From the NCBI GenBank assembly GCA_017446685.1, contig JAFSQI010000106.1:4351-68350 (forward strand): a stretch of 64,000 nt of DNA, read 5' to 3'. Under the pieces are notes generated by a model, which worked only from the letters and a program-made list of their open reading frames with translations, was not told the DNA's origin and ran no database searches. The stretch comes from Butyrivibrio sp. GTDB lineage: Bacteria > Bacillota > Clostridia > Lachnospirales > Lachnospiraceae. A program made the translations under genes and the position numbers. This document shows, in pieces, positions 1 through 9,958 of this stretch. Each line of letters begins with the position of its first letter. Position 1 is the stretch's first letter.

Positions 1-159
1 CCTGATGGAGCAGCACTTTATAATGTTATTTATACTGATTGCTACACAGGAAGTGAAGTTATTCAGGAATGGGATGCTTGGTGGCCTGTAGGCGGTTCGC
101 AAATTTACCAACCAAATCCTGATGCTGTAAACCGCATTTTGACTTATTACTTTAACTAA
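1..159 (+). CDS. 3' end of a gene entering the window (...PDGAALYNVIYTDCYTGSEVIQEWDAWWPVGGSQIYQPNPDAVNRILTYYFN*), function unknown
   Basis: Frame 1 is open from base 1 to TAA at 157-159 and translates to protein-like sequence. Confidence 0.6.
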   Translation, partial: PDGAALYNVIYTDCYTGSEVIQEWDAWWPVGGSQIYQPNPDAVNRILTYYFN

Positions 160-368
160 GTTTGACAAAAAAACTGAATATGAGTAACAATTTTTAGATT
201 TTTTAGCTTTACTATAACCCTTAATTTTTGATTCCGTACTATAAATACAGAAAGTGATTTGTATTTACATATAAGAACGTAACGTCTCCTAATGCAAATT
301 ACTAATTCATAATATTCTTTTACTCATTGATACATACATAGTCAGACTTCGGGATGACTCCTAATGAC

Positions 369-389
369 AAACGCTTGCTGAGCGTTTTT
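369..389 (+). terminator. Possible intrinsic terminator
   Basis: AAACGCT-tgctg-AGCGTTT hairpin running into a T-tract. Confidence 0.45.
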
Positions 390-453
390 AATTTGTTTAT
401 GATTTGATAAATTGACACAATAAGCTGTCCACTGCAGGAGTACAGACCAGCTT

Positions 454-825
454 ATGAACGATATAAGACTCTATATACTTATAATATGCTATAAAAAAGT
501 TGTGCACACCTCTGAAAAGGCATCAGAAGCTATTTCTGAAGCTTCAATAGAAGCTTCTACCGAGGCAAGTTCTGAGAAAGTAGTAGAAGCTGTAGCCGAG
601 ACATCAGCTTCAAAGGAAACTACTGAAACTATTACTGTTGAGGCTGTAGCTAACGCTTCAACCAATACAGAAACAGTTCAGACTTCAACTTCTGGAACAC
701 TTACAGGGCAGACAGGACCTAATGGTTGGCCTGTTATTGAATATAATGAATCAGTTTCTAATGTAATGGATCTTGTCTTGCGTGGCGTTCAGATATTAAT
801 TATCTTGAGAAATTTCCAGATATGA
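454..825 (+). pseudogene. Probable fragment of a surface/secreted protein (Ser/Thr/Glu/Ala-rich linker plus start of a globular domain)
   Basis: Low-complexity SEASIEASTEASSE... linker, no convincing RBS or signal peptide, abrupt end. Confidence 0.4.
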
Positions 826-986
826 AGAATCACAATGTGTAAGACGAATTAGTACGTCTTATTTTTTTACTTTTCTTTACGTCTTACATAAGAAGGGCTA
901 TGATAATTCAGTTGGTAAAATGATGAGAACAGAGTATGAACTTGGGAATATAAAATCCGATATAGATTTTGAGGAGGTGCTTAAAA

Positions 987-1211
987 ATGTGTTATCTCGT
1001 AGCTAAAGATATTAATAAAAGAGGCTGTGTAGCTTTTAAGACTAAACACGGGCCAGAGCTTGTTGCTTTAAAGAAAGAATTGATTTCTAAGGTTGGTTTG
1101 GACAGAATACAACTTGTAACTATCAGCAGACCTTCTGCATATGGGGAATATGAACCATATAGCTTTGTAAAGACTGAATCAGAACTTAAGGAAGCAGTCT
1201 TGAATATGTAA
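987..1211 (+). CDS. Small conserved hypothetical protein (MCYLVAK...SAYGEYEPY, resembles DUF6718-type Clostridia proteins)
   Basis: GAGGAGG RBS at 971-977 before ATG 987; family assignment from memory only. Confidence 0.7.
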   Translation: MCYLVAKDINKRGCVAFKTKHGPELVALKKELISKVGLDRIQLVTISRPSAYGEYEPYSFVKTESELKEAVLNM

Positions 1212-1218
1212 ATTAAAA

Positions 1219-1254
1219 GAGCTCCCAGCAAAGAATGCTGAGAGCTCAGTTTTT
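1219..1254 (+). terminator. Intrinsic terminator
   Basis: GAGCTCCCAGCA/TGCTGAGAGCTC stem followed by TTTTT. Confidence 0.7.
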
Positions 1255-1283
1255 GTAATTTTCCAAAGACAGATAAACATATA

Positions 1284-1343
1284 TTGACAAAAGGAATTAC
1301 TGAGTATATATTAAACATATGAACATTTATTCATATGTTTAAT
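1284..1343 (+). promoter_or_regulatory. Sigma-A promoter with overlapping ArsR/SmtB/CadC operator
   Basis: TTGACA(1284)-N17-TATATT(1307); perfect inverted repeat ATTAAACATATGAA-N6-TTCATATGTTTAAT (1310-1343) directly upstream of an ArsR gene. Confidence 0.85.
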
Positions 1344-1365
1344 AATTAAGATAAAGGAGAAAAAT

Positions 1366-1728
1366 ATGGCGTTAGCAGATGTGGAACACTGTGATGAGCA
1401 ACATGAAGTTCATATGGACATAGTTAACCGGATAAACCAGGATATGCCATCAGAGGACGAACTTTATGATCTTGCTGAACTTTTTAAGGTATTTGGTGAT
1501 TCTACCAGGATTAAGATATTATTTGCTTTATTTGAGTCGGAAATGTGTGTGTGTGATATTGCAGAGGCTCTTAGTATGACGCAGTCAGCTATTTCACATC
1601 AGCTTCGTATTCTTAAGCAGAGCAAGCTGGTAAGTAACCGTAGAGAAGGTAAATCTATGATTTATTATCTTGCAGATGAACATGTGAGAACAATAATTGA
1701 TCAGGGAATCAACCACATCGAAGAGTGA
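1366..1728 (+). CDS. cadC: ArsR/SmtB (CadC-like) metalloregulatory repressor
   Basis: LAELFKVFGDSTRIKIL...EMCVCDIAE...SQSAISHQL-like HTH; precedes a P1B ATPase. Confidence 0.88.
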   Translation: MALADVEHCDEQHEVHMDIVNRINQDMPSEDELYDLAELFKVFGDSTRIKILFALFESEMCVCDIAEALSMTQSAISHQLRILKQSKLVSNRREGKSMIYYLADEHVRTIIDQGINHIEE

Positions 1729-1781
1729 TTTACCGATTAATTTATTAAATTATTATATGTAAAAGAAAGGGGATTATTGAT

Positions 1782-1997
1782 ATGAAAAAGACATTTAAAT
1801 GTGAAGTTGATTGTGCTAATTGTGCAGCTAAGATGGAGGATGCGATTAAGAAAATTGAGGGCGTTGTAAATGCCAGAGTAAATTTTATGACTCAAAAATT
1901 AATACTCGAAGCTGAGGATGATATGTTTGATGAGATCTTAGATAAGGCAATTAAGGCATGCAAAAAGGTTGAGCCTGATTGTGAAATTGAAGCATAA
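1782..1997 (+). CDS. Stand-alone heavy-metal-associated (HMA) domain protein
   Basis: DCANCAAKME metal-binding motif, 71 aa. Confidence 0.88.
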   Translation: MKKTFKCEVDCANCAAKMEDAIKKIEGVVNARVNFMTQKLILEAEDDMFDEILDKAIKACKKVEPDCEIEA

Positions 1998-2028
1998 TAT
2001 TTTTTGACAGAAATAAGAGGGAATAAGT

Positions 2029-3951
2029 ATGACTAAGAAACAGAAAAAAACACGCAACAGAATAGTATGTGTTCTAATTATATTTTTTATTTTATTAGTT
2101 CTTGATAAAACCGGAGTATTTGAGGCATTACCTTTACTTGTCAGGTTTATTATTTATCTTATTCCCTATCTTATTATTGGCTATGATGTAATCAAGAAGG
2201 CGGCAATAAATATATCTCATGGTCAGGTTTTTGATGAAAACTTTTTGATGATGATTGCTACTTTTGGAGCATTTGGAATAGGAGAATATTCTGAAGCACT
2301 TGCAGTAATGCTATTTTATCAGGTGGGTGAATTGTTCCAAAGCTATGCTGTAGGAAAATCAAGACAATCAATTACAGAACTTATGAGTATTGCTCCGGAA
2401 ACTGCGAATATAGTTTCAGATGATGGCAGCATAAATGAAGCTGATCCTGAGGAAGTAAGTGTGGGTGATATACTGCTTGTAAGGGCTGGTGAGAAGATTC
2501 CTGTTGATGGTACAGTAATAGATGGTGAATCATTTCTTGATACAGCAGCGCTTACTGGTGAATCTGTTCCTAGAAAAGCTTCTATTGGTGACGATGTGAT
2601 CAGTGGATGTATAAATGGAGAGGGAGTTCTTAAAATAAAGGCAACTAAGGCTTATGAAGATTCAACAGTTTCGAAGATTCTTGAACTTGTTGAAAATGCC
2701 AGCAATAAGAAGTCCAGAATGGAAAATTTTATCACAAGATTTGCAAGATATTATACTCCGGTTGTCACAATCGGTGCTTTATTACTTGCAGTAGTCCCTC
2801 CGATCATAGGTCAGATTGCATTAGCTGACAGCATAAGAAGAGCTTGTATCTTCCTGATAGTTTCCTGTCCATGTGCATTGGTGATTTCAGTTCCGCTTGG
2901 ATTTTTTGGTGGAATTGGTGCAGCCAGTAAGATTGGTGTTCTTGTTAAGGGAAGTAACTATCTTGAGTCTGTTTCAGGAGTTGATACTGTTGTTTTTGAT
3001 AAGACCGGCACTCTTACAAAAGGCGAATTTAAAGTATCTGAAGTAATTCTTTCTAAAGACGCGGATATTTCCAAAGAGGAACTTTTATGTATGGCAGCAC
3101 ATGGTGAAGCGCTTTCCAATCATCCTATTGCGAAGTCTATCATTTCCGCATATACAGAAGGATATTTTGTTGATAGTGGAAAGAATGAAAAGAGAGAAAT
3201 TGATTTTGGGAAAATTAGTGAGTCATCTGTAAAAGAAATATCAGGCCATGGAATATCTGCTACATACAATGATAAGAATATTCTTTTAGGTAATGCAAAG
3301 CTTATGAAAGAAAATAATATTTCTTTTGACGAGGTAGAATCCGCAGGAACAGTTGTATATGTAGCAATGTCCAACAAATATCTTGGCGCTGTTGTTATTT
3401 CAGATGTTATAAAGAGCGGAGCTGATAAAGCTATAAAACTAATGAAGGATGTTGGTGTTAAAAAGACAGTTATGCTTACAGGTGACAGAAAAAGTGCTGC
3501 AGAAGATGTTGCCAAAAAACTTGGAATTGACGAAACTATTTCAGAACTGTTGCCTGCTGATAAAGTTGACAGGGTTGAAAAATTGCTTTCTTCATTAGAT
3601 AATGGTAGTAAACTTGCATTTGTAGGTGATGGTGTTAATGATGCGCCGGTGCTTATGAGAGCAGATGTGGGTATAGCTATGGGGTCACTTGGAAGTGACG
3701 CAGCGATAGAAGCCGCAGATGTTGTAATAATGGATGATGATATATCAAAGATTTCATCTATTATCAAGATTTCACGCAAGACCATGAGAATTGTAAAGGA
3801 AAATATTGTATTTGCTCTTGCAGTAAAATTCATTATTCTTGTTTTGGGTGCTCTTGGCTTAACCACTATGTGGCTTGCGGTATTTGGAGATGTTGGAGTA
3901 GCAGTTATAGCTATACTTAATTCAATGCGAGCTTTGGAATACAAAAAATAA
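2029..3951 (+). CDS. cadA: Cd/Zn-translocating P1B-type ATPase
   Basis: TGES, CPC, DKTGTLT, HP and GDGVNDAP motifs. Confidence 0.92.
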   Translation: MTKKQKKTRNRIVCVLIIFFILLVLDKTGVFEALPLLVRFIIYLIPYLIIGYDVIKKAAINISHGQVFDENFLMMIATFGAFGIGEYSEALAVMLFYQVGELFQSYAVGKSRQSITELMSIAPETANIVSDDGSINEADPEEVSVGDILLVRAGEKIPVDGTVIDGESFLDTAALTGESVPRKASIGDDVISGCINGEGVLKIKATKAYEDSTVSKILELVENASNKKSRMENFITRFARYYTPVVTIGALLLAVVPPIIGQIALADSIRRACIFLIVSCPCALVISVPLGFFGGIGAASKIGVLVKGSNYLESVSGVDTVVFDKTGTLTKGEFKVSEVILSKDADISKEELLCMAAHGEALSNHPIAKSIISAYTEGYFVDSGKNEKREIDFGKISESSVKEISGHGISATYNDKNILLGNAKLMKENNISFDEVESAGTVVYVAMSNKYLGAVVISDVIKSGADKAIKLMKDVGVKKTVMLTGDRKSAAEDVAKKLGIDETISELLPADKVDRVEKLLSSLDNGSKLAFVGDGVNDAPVLMRADVGIAMGSLGSDAAIEAADVVIMDDDISKISSIIKISRKTMRIVKENIVFALAVKFIILVLGALGLTTMWLAVFGDVGVAVIAILNSMRALEYKK

Positions 3952-4017
3952 AATATTGAAATGGATTAGGATCAAAAGCTTTTATACTTTTGGTCCTTGC
4001 ATTTTAAGAGGAGTTAA

Positions 4018-5976
4018 ATGGCAAAAGCTGGAGTTGATATTGGGGAACTACTTCTTAAACTTATAGCCCGTGAAACCGGGGAAATCAGTAAGGTTGATTA
4101 TAAACCGCAAAAACCTGAGTTTAATCATGAGCATGTTATTGGGGAGACATTTCTTGAAAGAAGGTCTCCTGAGTCTCAGGGTGTAAGCTCTGAATTTTTT
4201 GTGGATTTAATCAGAAAACTGTCAGAGAATAAAGATTGTAACGTTCATAAGCTGATGTTTTTAAGGCATGGCTATGTAATTGCGGAATGTGCTTTTGAAC
4301 CGTATGATCCGGATATGTGGCATGTGTCCTATTCTATGTGTAAGAGCATAGTCGGGATGGCAATAGGCATTCTGGTAGATGAGGGAAAACTAAATATTGA
4401 TGATAAAATATCTGATATTTTCAGCGCAAGATTAAGTCCTTTTGGATTTTTGAGAAAACCTCTTACTGTTAAAAATCTTCTTAGTATGAGCAGTGGCGTG
4501 GAATTTAGTGAAGCCGGTGCAATAAGCGGCAATGACTGGAGAAAAAGTTTTTTGGATTCTTCTTTTAAGTTTGAGCCCGGAACGGAATTTGAATATAACA
4601 GCATGAATACGTATATGCTGTCTGCAATTATCACAGAGATAACAGGGCTTTCATGCTTTGATTTTTGTCGGAAAAGAATTTTTGAACCGCTGGGTATACA
4701 AAGAGTTTTCTGGGAGAGTTGCCCACAGAGTATCACAAAGGGTGGCTGGGGACTTTTTATCAGAATTGAAGACATGGCTAAACTTGGACAGCTTTATCTG
4801 CAAAAGGGGAAGTGGGATGGTAAGCAAATCGTTTCTGAAGAATGGGTAGAAGCTTCAACTTCCTGGCAGATAGAAACAGGAAAAGAAGATAATGGCCATT
4901 ATGGCTATCAACTATGGATTAATGATGACAGACCAGGTTCATTTGCTTATAACGGAATGCTGGGCCAAAATGTATTTGTTTATCCTGATATAGATATGGT
5001 GGTCGTTACAAATGCCGGTAATTCAGATATTTTTCAGACTAGCAGGATGGCTGTATTAATAAGAGACAGTATGAAATCCAAAATAGAAACTTTTGATGAG
5101 CCGTTACCTGAAAATTTTGCCGCATTGAGTGATCTTAAAGCTATTTGTAAACATGTGAGCGGAAGAACTTCTGTTTTTCCCACAATTGCAGGTGGTGGTT
5201 GGAAGACCAGTTATTCATCCATGACTTGTGGTAGTACAAAGTTAAGTAAACATTTTTATAACAATAAGAGAGCTGATTTTAAGTCTGTTTTATACCAGTA
5301 TAATGTAAAAAATGAGAATCAGCTTATTTCTTCATGGCTAAATAAGCTGAATGGAAAAATTTATGAACTTGAAGAATCGGGAGTTGGAATTTTTCCTCTT
5401 ATGATGCAGGTTATTCATAATAATTTTACTGATGGTATGCACAAAATCGGTTTTAGACTTTGTGATAATAATTCTTTTTATATTGACATATATGAGGGAA
5501 TTGAAGTTTATAGCTTGAGATGCGGCTTTGGCGGAAAAAGATATATCAGCAGAATCAATATGCATGGTGAAAGCTATGAAGTTTCGCTGGTTTCACGCTG
5601 TAAAACAGATGAGTATAACAGGCTTGTTATCAGAAATGAAATAAATTTCCTGGAGGAAGCGTGCCTTAGGACATTTAACATATATTTTGAGGATGATCCG
5701 GTAGACAGGGAAGATCAAAATGGAACATTTATTTATCCATCTGTTCCTTCTAAAATTGAAATTAGACTTTTTGAAACTCCCGGAAGTAATATGCTTTTGA
5801 GCACGATGAAAACAATGGCACCCGAAGGCTTTGGCGGTGTTCAGGGTAAGCTTGTCAGCAGATTTTTAAAAGGCGGAATGAAGGAAGTTTTTGAAAATGC
5901 TGTGAAGAACACCATACAACCGGTGATTCATGGTATAATTAGTGAAGGTTCATTACTTGAAGAAAATGAGGTGTAA
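4018..5976 (+). CDS. Serine hydrolase, beta-lactamase class C-like family, with C-terminal extension
   Basis: SMCK (SxxK), FEYNS, GGWGL and YGYQLW motifs. Confidence 0.8.
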   Translation: MAKAGVDIGELLLKLIARETGEISKVDYKPQKPEFNHEHVIGETFLERRSPESQGVSSEFFVDLIRKLSENKDCNVHKLMFLRHGYVIAECAFEPYDPDMWHVSYSMCKSIVGMAIGILVDEGKLNIDDKISDIFSARLSPFGFLRKPLTVKNLLSMSSGVEFSEAGAISGNDWRKSFLDSSFKFEPGTEFEYNSMNTYMLSAIITEITGLSCFDFCRKRIFEPLGIQRVFWESCPQSITKGGWGLFIRIEDMAKLGQLYLQKGKWDGKQIVSEEWVEASTSWQIETGKEDNGHYGYQLWINDDRPGSFAYNGMLGQNVFVYPDIDMVVVTNAGNSDIFQTSRMAVLIRDSMKSKIETFDEPLPENFAALSDLKAICKHVSGRTSVFPTIAGGGWKTSYSSMTCGSTKLSKHFYNNKRADFKSVLYQYNVKNENQLISSWLNKLNGKIYELEESGVGIFPLMMQVIHNNFTDGMHKIGFRLCDNNSFYIDIYEGIEVYSLRCGFGGKRYISRINMHGESYEVSLVSRCKTDEYNRLVIRNEINFLEEACLRTFNIYFEDDPVDREDQNGTFIYPSVPSKIEIRLFETPGSNMLLSTMKTMAPEGFGGVQGKLVSRFLKGGMKEVFENAVKNTIQPVIHGIISEGSLLEENEV

Positions 5977-5979
5977 AAT

Positions 5980-6810
5980 ATGAGTAATCCGGTTTATGAG
6001 AAATTACAGGCTTGTGTAAAGGCTGTAAGAGAAAAGACAGATTTTGTTCCAGATGTGGCTTTGGTATTGGGGTCAGGACTTGGTAATTATGCAGAAAATA
6101 TTAAAATTGAAACTGAAATAAATTATAGTGATATTCCCGGTTTTCCTGTTTCTACAGTTCCGGGACATGCCGGAAAATTTATTTTCGGATATCTTGACGA
6201 TGTAAAAGTTGTTTGCATGAAGGGAAGAGTTCATTTCTACGAAGGTTATGATGTTACTGATGCAGTACTTCCTGCAAGGCTTATGAAGCTTCTTGGAGCT
6301 AAGATTTTATTCCTTACCAATGCTGCCGGAGGACTTGGCGAAGGCTTTAAGGCCGGAGATCTTATGCTTATAACTGATCATGTATCTATTTTTGCTCCGA
6401 ATCCGCTTATTGGTCCAAATATTGATGAATTGGGACCACGATTTGCTGATATGTCAAATGTTTATGATAAAGACCTTTCAGATGTTATCAGAAAAGTTGC
6501 AAAGGAACAGAATATAGATATTAAGGAAGGCGTATATTGTCAGCTTACAGGTCCTTCTTTCGAGTCACCTGCTGAGATCAGGCTTCTTGGTAAGTTAGGA
6601 GTTTCTGCTGTTGGAATGAGTACCGTCATTGAGGCAATTGCTGCTAATCATATGGGAATGCGTATATGTGGAATTTCCTGCATCAGTAATCTTGCAGCCG
6701 GTATAAGTGAAAAGCCTCTTTGCCATGAAGAAGTTCAGGAAGCTGCTGATAAGACAGCACCGCTATTTACTAAGCTTGTTACTGAATCAATTAAGGCTTT
6801 TGAGCTTTAA
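5980..6810 (+). CDS. punA: Purine-nucleoside phosphorylase (trimeric PNP family)
   Basis: VLGSGLG, VPGHAG, GRVHFYEG, GPSFESPAE and VGMSTV motifs. Confidence 0.92.
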   Translation: MSNPVYEKLQACVKAVREKTDFVPDVALVLGSGLGNYAENIKIETEINYSDIPGFPVSTVPGHAGKFIFGYLDDVKVVCMKGRVHFYEGYDVTDAVLPARLMKLLGAKILFLTNAAGGLGEGFKAGDLMLITDHVSIFAPNPLIGPNIDELGPRFADMSNVYDKDLSDVIRKVAKEQNIDIKEGVYCQLTGPSFESPAEIRLLGKLGVSAVGMSTVIEAIAANHMGMRICGISCISNLAAGISEKPLCHEEVQEAADKTAPLFTKLVTESIKAFEL

Positions 6811-6813
6811 ATT

Positions 6814-6853
6814 TTATAGCCAGGGATAACATAAATTCCCTGGCTATAATTTT
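6814..6853 (+). terminator. Intrinsic terminator
   Basis: TTATAGCCAGGGA/TCCCTGGCTATAA 13-bp stem plus T-tract. Confidence 0.75.
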
Positions 6854-6929
6854 GAATAGAATATAATTTATAATATTATGCAAAATAAGTTCATATGCGC
6901 AGGCTTGTGGAACTTGTTGGGAGATGGAA

Positions 6930-8231
6930 ATGAGAATACGTTTTTATAATGCAAGGGTTCTTACTATGGAACCCGGCAGGGAGATATTTTTGGGGGAAGT
7001 CTGGGTTGTTGAAGACAGGATTGCCTTTGTAGGAACTGATGAGGAAGGTCGACAATTTTGTGAAAAACATCCTGAGAAAATATTGATTTGGGATAGAGAG
7101 ATAGATTGTAAAAAGAATCTTTTAATGCCGGGATTTAAAAATGCACATACACATTCTGCAATGACGCTGATGAGATCTAAGGCTGATGATCTTCCGCTTC
7201 AAGAATGGTTAAATGAGCAGATTTTTCCTGTTGAAGCAAAACTTACAGGGGAAGATATTTATCATTTATCAAAGCTTGCTGTTCTTGAATACCTTACCAG
7301 TGGAATAACAGCATGTTTTGAAATGTATTTAACCCCCTTTACAGTTGCCGATGCAATGGCTGATACCGGTATGAGATGTGTTCAAACAAGCTGTGTTAAT
7401 AATTTCAGCCAGTCTGTTGAACTTCTTGAGGAGTATTACAATAAGATTAATGGAAGGGATCCTTACAATTCATTTATTTTAGGAGTACATGCTGAATATA
7501 CTTGTTCAAAAGAACTTTTGGAAAAATGTGCTATTCTTACCGAGAAATATAAGGCTCCGTTTTGGGCACATATTCAGGAGACAGAATCAGAAACTAAGGA
7601 ATGCCTGGAAAGATATGGCATGACGCCTATTGAATTTATGGATAGTCTTGGGCTATTTAATTACGGTGGTGGCGGTTATCATGTTGTCTGGACTAATGAA
7701 AAAGACCGTGAAATAATGAAAAAACGTGGTCTTTATGTTGTAACAAATCCGGGTTCAAATACTAAGCTTGCCAGCGGAATTGCTCCGATTTCAGAGTATT
7801 TAAAAGCAGGAATTCCGGTAGCTATCGGAACAGATGGCCCTGCAAGCAACAACTGTCTGGATATGTTTAGAGAAATGTTCCTTGTTACGGGGCTTTCCAA
7901 GCTAAAAAATATGGATGCAAGCAGTGTTGATGCCAAAGAAGTTCTAAAAATGGCAACTGTTAACGGTGCAAGAGCTATGGGACTAAATGATTGTGATTAT
8001 CTTGCAGAGGGTAAACTTGCTGATATTATCATGATAGATTTAGATAAGCCCAATATGCAGCCAATCAACAACATTGTCAAGAATCTTGTCTACAGCGGAA
8101 GTAAGTCAAATGTGTTGATGACAATGATTGGTGGAATAATTCGTTATGAAAATGGCGAATATAATATTGGAGTCGATCCACATGAAGTATATAAAAAAGT
8201 AGAAAAAATCGGGAAAAGGATATACGGATAA
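6930..8231 (+). CDS. Amidohydrolase, MTA/SAH deaminase-like
   Basis: MPGFKNAHTH, HIQET and GTDGPASNN motifs; follows PNP; ATG 6930 (6924 is an alternative start). Confidence 0.85.
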   Translation: MRIRFYNARVLTMEPGREIFLGEVWVVEDRIAFVGTDEEGRQFCEKHPEKILIWDREIDCKKNLLMPGFKNAHTHSAMTLMRSKADDLPLQEWLNEQIFPVEAKLTGEDIYHLSKLAVLEYLTSGITACFEMYLTPFTVADAMADTGMRCVQTSCVNNFSQSVELLEEYYNKINGRDPYNSFILGVHAEYTCSKELLEKCAILTEKYKAPFWAHIQETESETKECLERYGMTPIEFMDSLGLFNYGGGGYHVVWTNEKDREIMKKRGLYVVTNPGSNTKLASGIAPISEYLKAGIPVAIGTDGPASNNCLDMFREMFLVTGLSKLKNMDASSVDAKEVLKMATVNGARAMGLNDCDYLAEGKLADIIMIDLDKPNMQPINNIVKNLVYSGSKSNVLMTMIGGIIRYENGEYNIGVDPHEVYKKVEKIGKRIYG

Positions 8232-8237
8232 TAACAT

Positions 8238-9914
8238 ATGGAAGTCATAATATTTTTAGGCATACTTGTATTAATATGTTTTTTGGCTTATTTACTCGGA
8301 TTAAGAGATGAAAAAAATTTCGAAAAAAAGCTTTTGGCAAAATTGAAAAGGGATTATGGGAAAGCTCCCGGAAGAAAATACAAGGAGGATGACCTTGATC
8401 ATTTAAATGGTTATTTTCTAAAACATCCAAATGAGTTTCAGATTGATGATACAACCTGGAATGATCTAAATATGGATGGAGTATTTGCAAGACTTAACTA
8501 TTGTCTTAGCGCAACAGGTGAAGAGTATCTTTATCATATGCTCAGAACTCCCAGTCAAAGTGGAGATATGGAAGATCTTGAAAGGCATATAGAATTTTTC
8601 AGAAACAATGATGATGCGAGATATTCTTTTCAGCTTATCTTTGCTAAAATTGGCAGGAAAATAAGATATTCTATTTATGATTATATTGCATATCTTGATG
8701 ATATGCCGGATCTTAGTAACCGTAAGCATTTTATGATGCTTGGACTTATGGCTATAGCAGTTGCGACATGCTTTATTAATTTTACAACAGGCTTTACAGC
8801 CCTTGTTATATTGATGGTTGCCAACATAATTATGTATTTTGCAAAAAAAGGAGAGATTGAGCCATATCTTGCAACATACGGATATATAATGAAGGTTGTC
8901 AAATCTGTGGAATTATTTGAAAAAATAAAGTATCCGGAAGTTGAGAAGGATATAGAAAATCTTGTAGATGCGGCAAAAGCCTTTAAATCTTTTGAAAGAG
9001 GCTCCTATATATTGATGTCACCAAGCCGTATGAATTCGGGTGGTAATCCTATTGAAATTCTTCTTGATTACATCAGAATGTCTACTCATATTGATATTAT
9101 CAAGTTCAATCAGATGTATAAAGAGATTATTGCTCATAAAGACGAGCTTGACAGGATACTTACCATAACCGGTAAGCTTGAAGCTCAGATTTCTATTGCT
9201 TGTTACAGAGAATCGGTAAAAGAGCAGTTTACCAGACCTGTTTTTGTAAAAAACGGGGCATATTCAGCGCAGGATCTTATACATCCGCTTATTGAAAAGT
9301 GTGTGGCAAATAGTGTAAATACTCAAAATGGTATGCTTATAACCGGTTCAAATGCATCCGGAAAATCCACATTTTTAAAGAGCTGTGCTGTAAATGCTAT
9401 TCTTGCTCAGTCTCTTAATACAGTTTTAGCAAAGAGCTACAGTGCTCCGGTATTTAGAGTATATTCTTCCATGGCTCTAAAGGATGATATTTTTGGTGGA
9501 GACAGTTACTATATTGTAGAAATAAAATCAATTAAGAGAATAATTGATGCTGCCAAGGAGAATGGAGCAAAGGTACTTTGTTTTGTTGATGAGGTTTTAA
9601 GAGGAACAAATACTATTGAGAGAATTGCTGCTTCTACTCAGATTTTGAAGAGTTTTTCTGAGGCGGGTGTTCTTTGCTTTGCTGCAACACATGATATTGA
9701 ATTAACATCTTTGTTAAAGAACATTTTTGATATTTATCACTTTGAAGGTATAGTAACTGATAATGATGTTCACTTTGATTATTCAATAAAAGAAGGCCCT
9801 GCTACAAACAGAAATGCTATTAAACTTTTGGGCGTTTTGGGATATGATGAAAAAATAGTTGATGATGCGCAGCAGCTTGCAGAGCATTTTCTTTCAACCG
9901 GTGTTTGGACTTAA
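8238..9914 (+). CDS. Membrane-anchored MutS-related ATPase (domain V only)
   Basis: ITGSNASGKST, VDEVLRGTN and ATHD motifs; TM segments; lacks mismatch-recognition domains. Confidence 0.82.
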   Translation: MEVIIFLGILVLICFLAYLLGLRDEKNFEKKLLAKLKRDYGKAPGRKYKEDDLDHLNGYFLKHPNEFQIDDTTWNDLNMDGVFARLNYCLSATGEEYLYHMLRTPSQSGDMEDLERHIEFFRNNDDARYSFQLIFAKIGRKIRYSIYDYIAYLDDMPDLSNRKHFMMLGLMAIAVATCFINFTTGFTALVILMVANIIMYFAKKGEIEPYLATYGYIMKVVKSVELFEKIKYPEVEKDIENLVDAAKAFKSFERGSYILMSPSRMNSGGNPIEILLDYIRMSTHIDIIKFNQMYKEIIAHKDELDRILTITGKLEAQISIACYRESVKEQFTRPVFVKNGAYSAQDLIHPLIEKCVANSVNTQNGMLITGSNASGKSTFLKSCAVNAILAQSLNTVLAKSYSAPVFRVYSSMALKDDIFGGDSYYIVEIKSIKRIIDAAKENGAKVLCFVDEVLRGTNTIERIAASTQILKSFSEAGVLCFAATHDIELTSLLKNIFDIYHFEGIVTDNDVHFDYSIKEGPATNRNAIKLLGVLGYDEKIVDDAQQLAEHFLSTGVWT

Positions 9915-9958
9915 ACTTTGCTAAGTATTTTGTGAGAAATTGATTTAAGAGGAAAAAG

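Noticed and set aside
3120-3944. 274-aa minus-strand ORF and the other antisense or nested ORFs in the track (e.g. 992-1318, 16315-16722, 29614-30015, 63622-63807)
   Set aside because: Shadow frames of well-supported genes with no RBS or motifs
4018-5976. Beta-lactamase resistance gene
   Set aside because: No signal peptide and a long C-terminal extension; fits generic serine hydrolases
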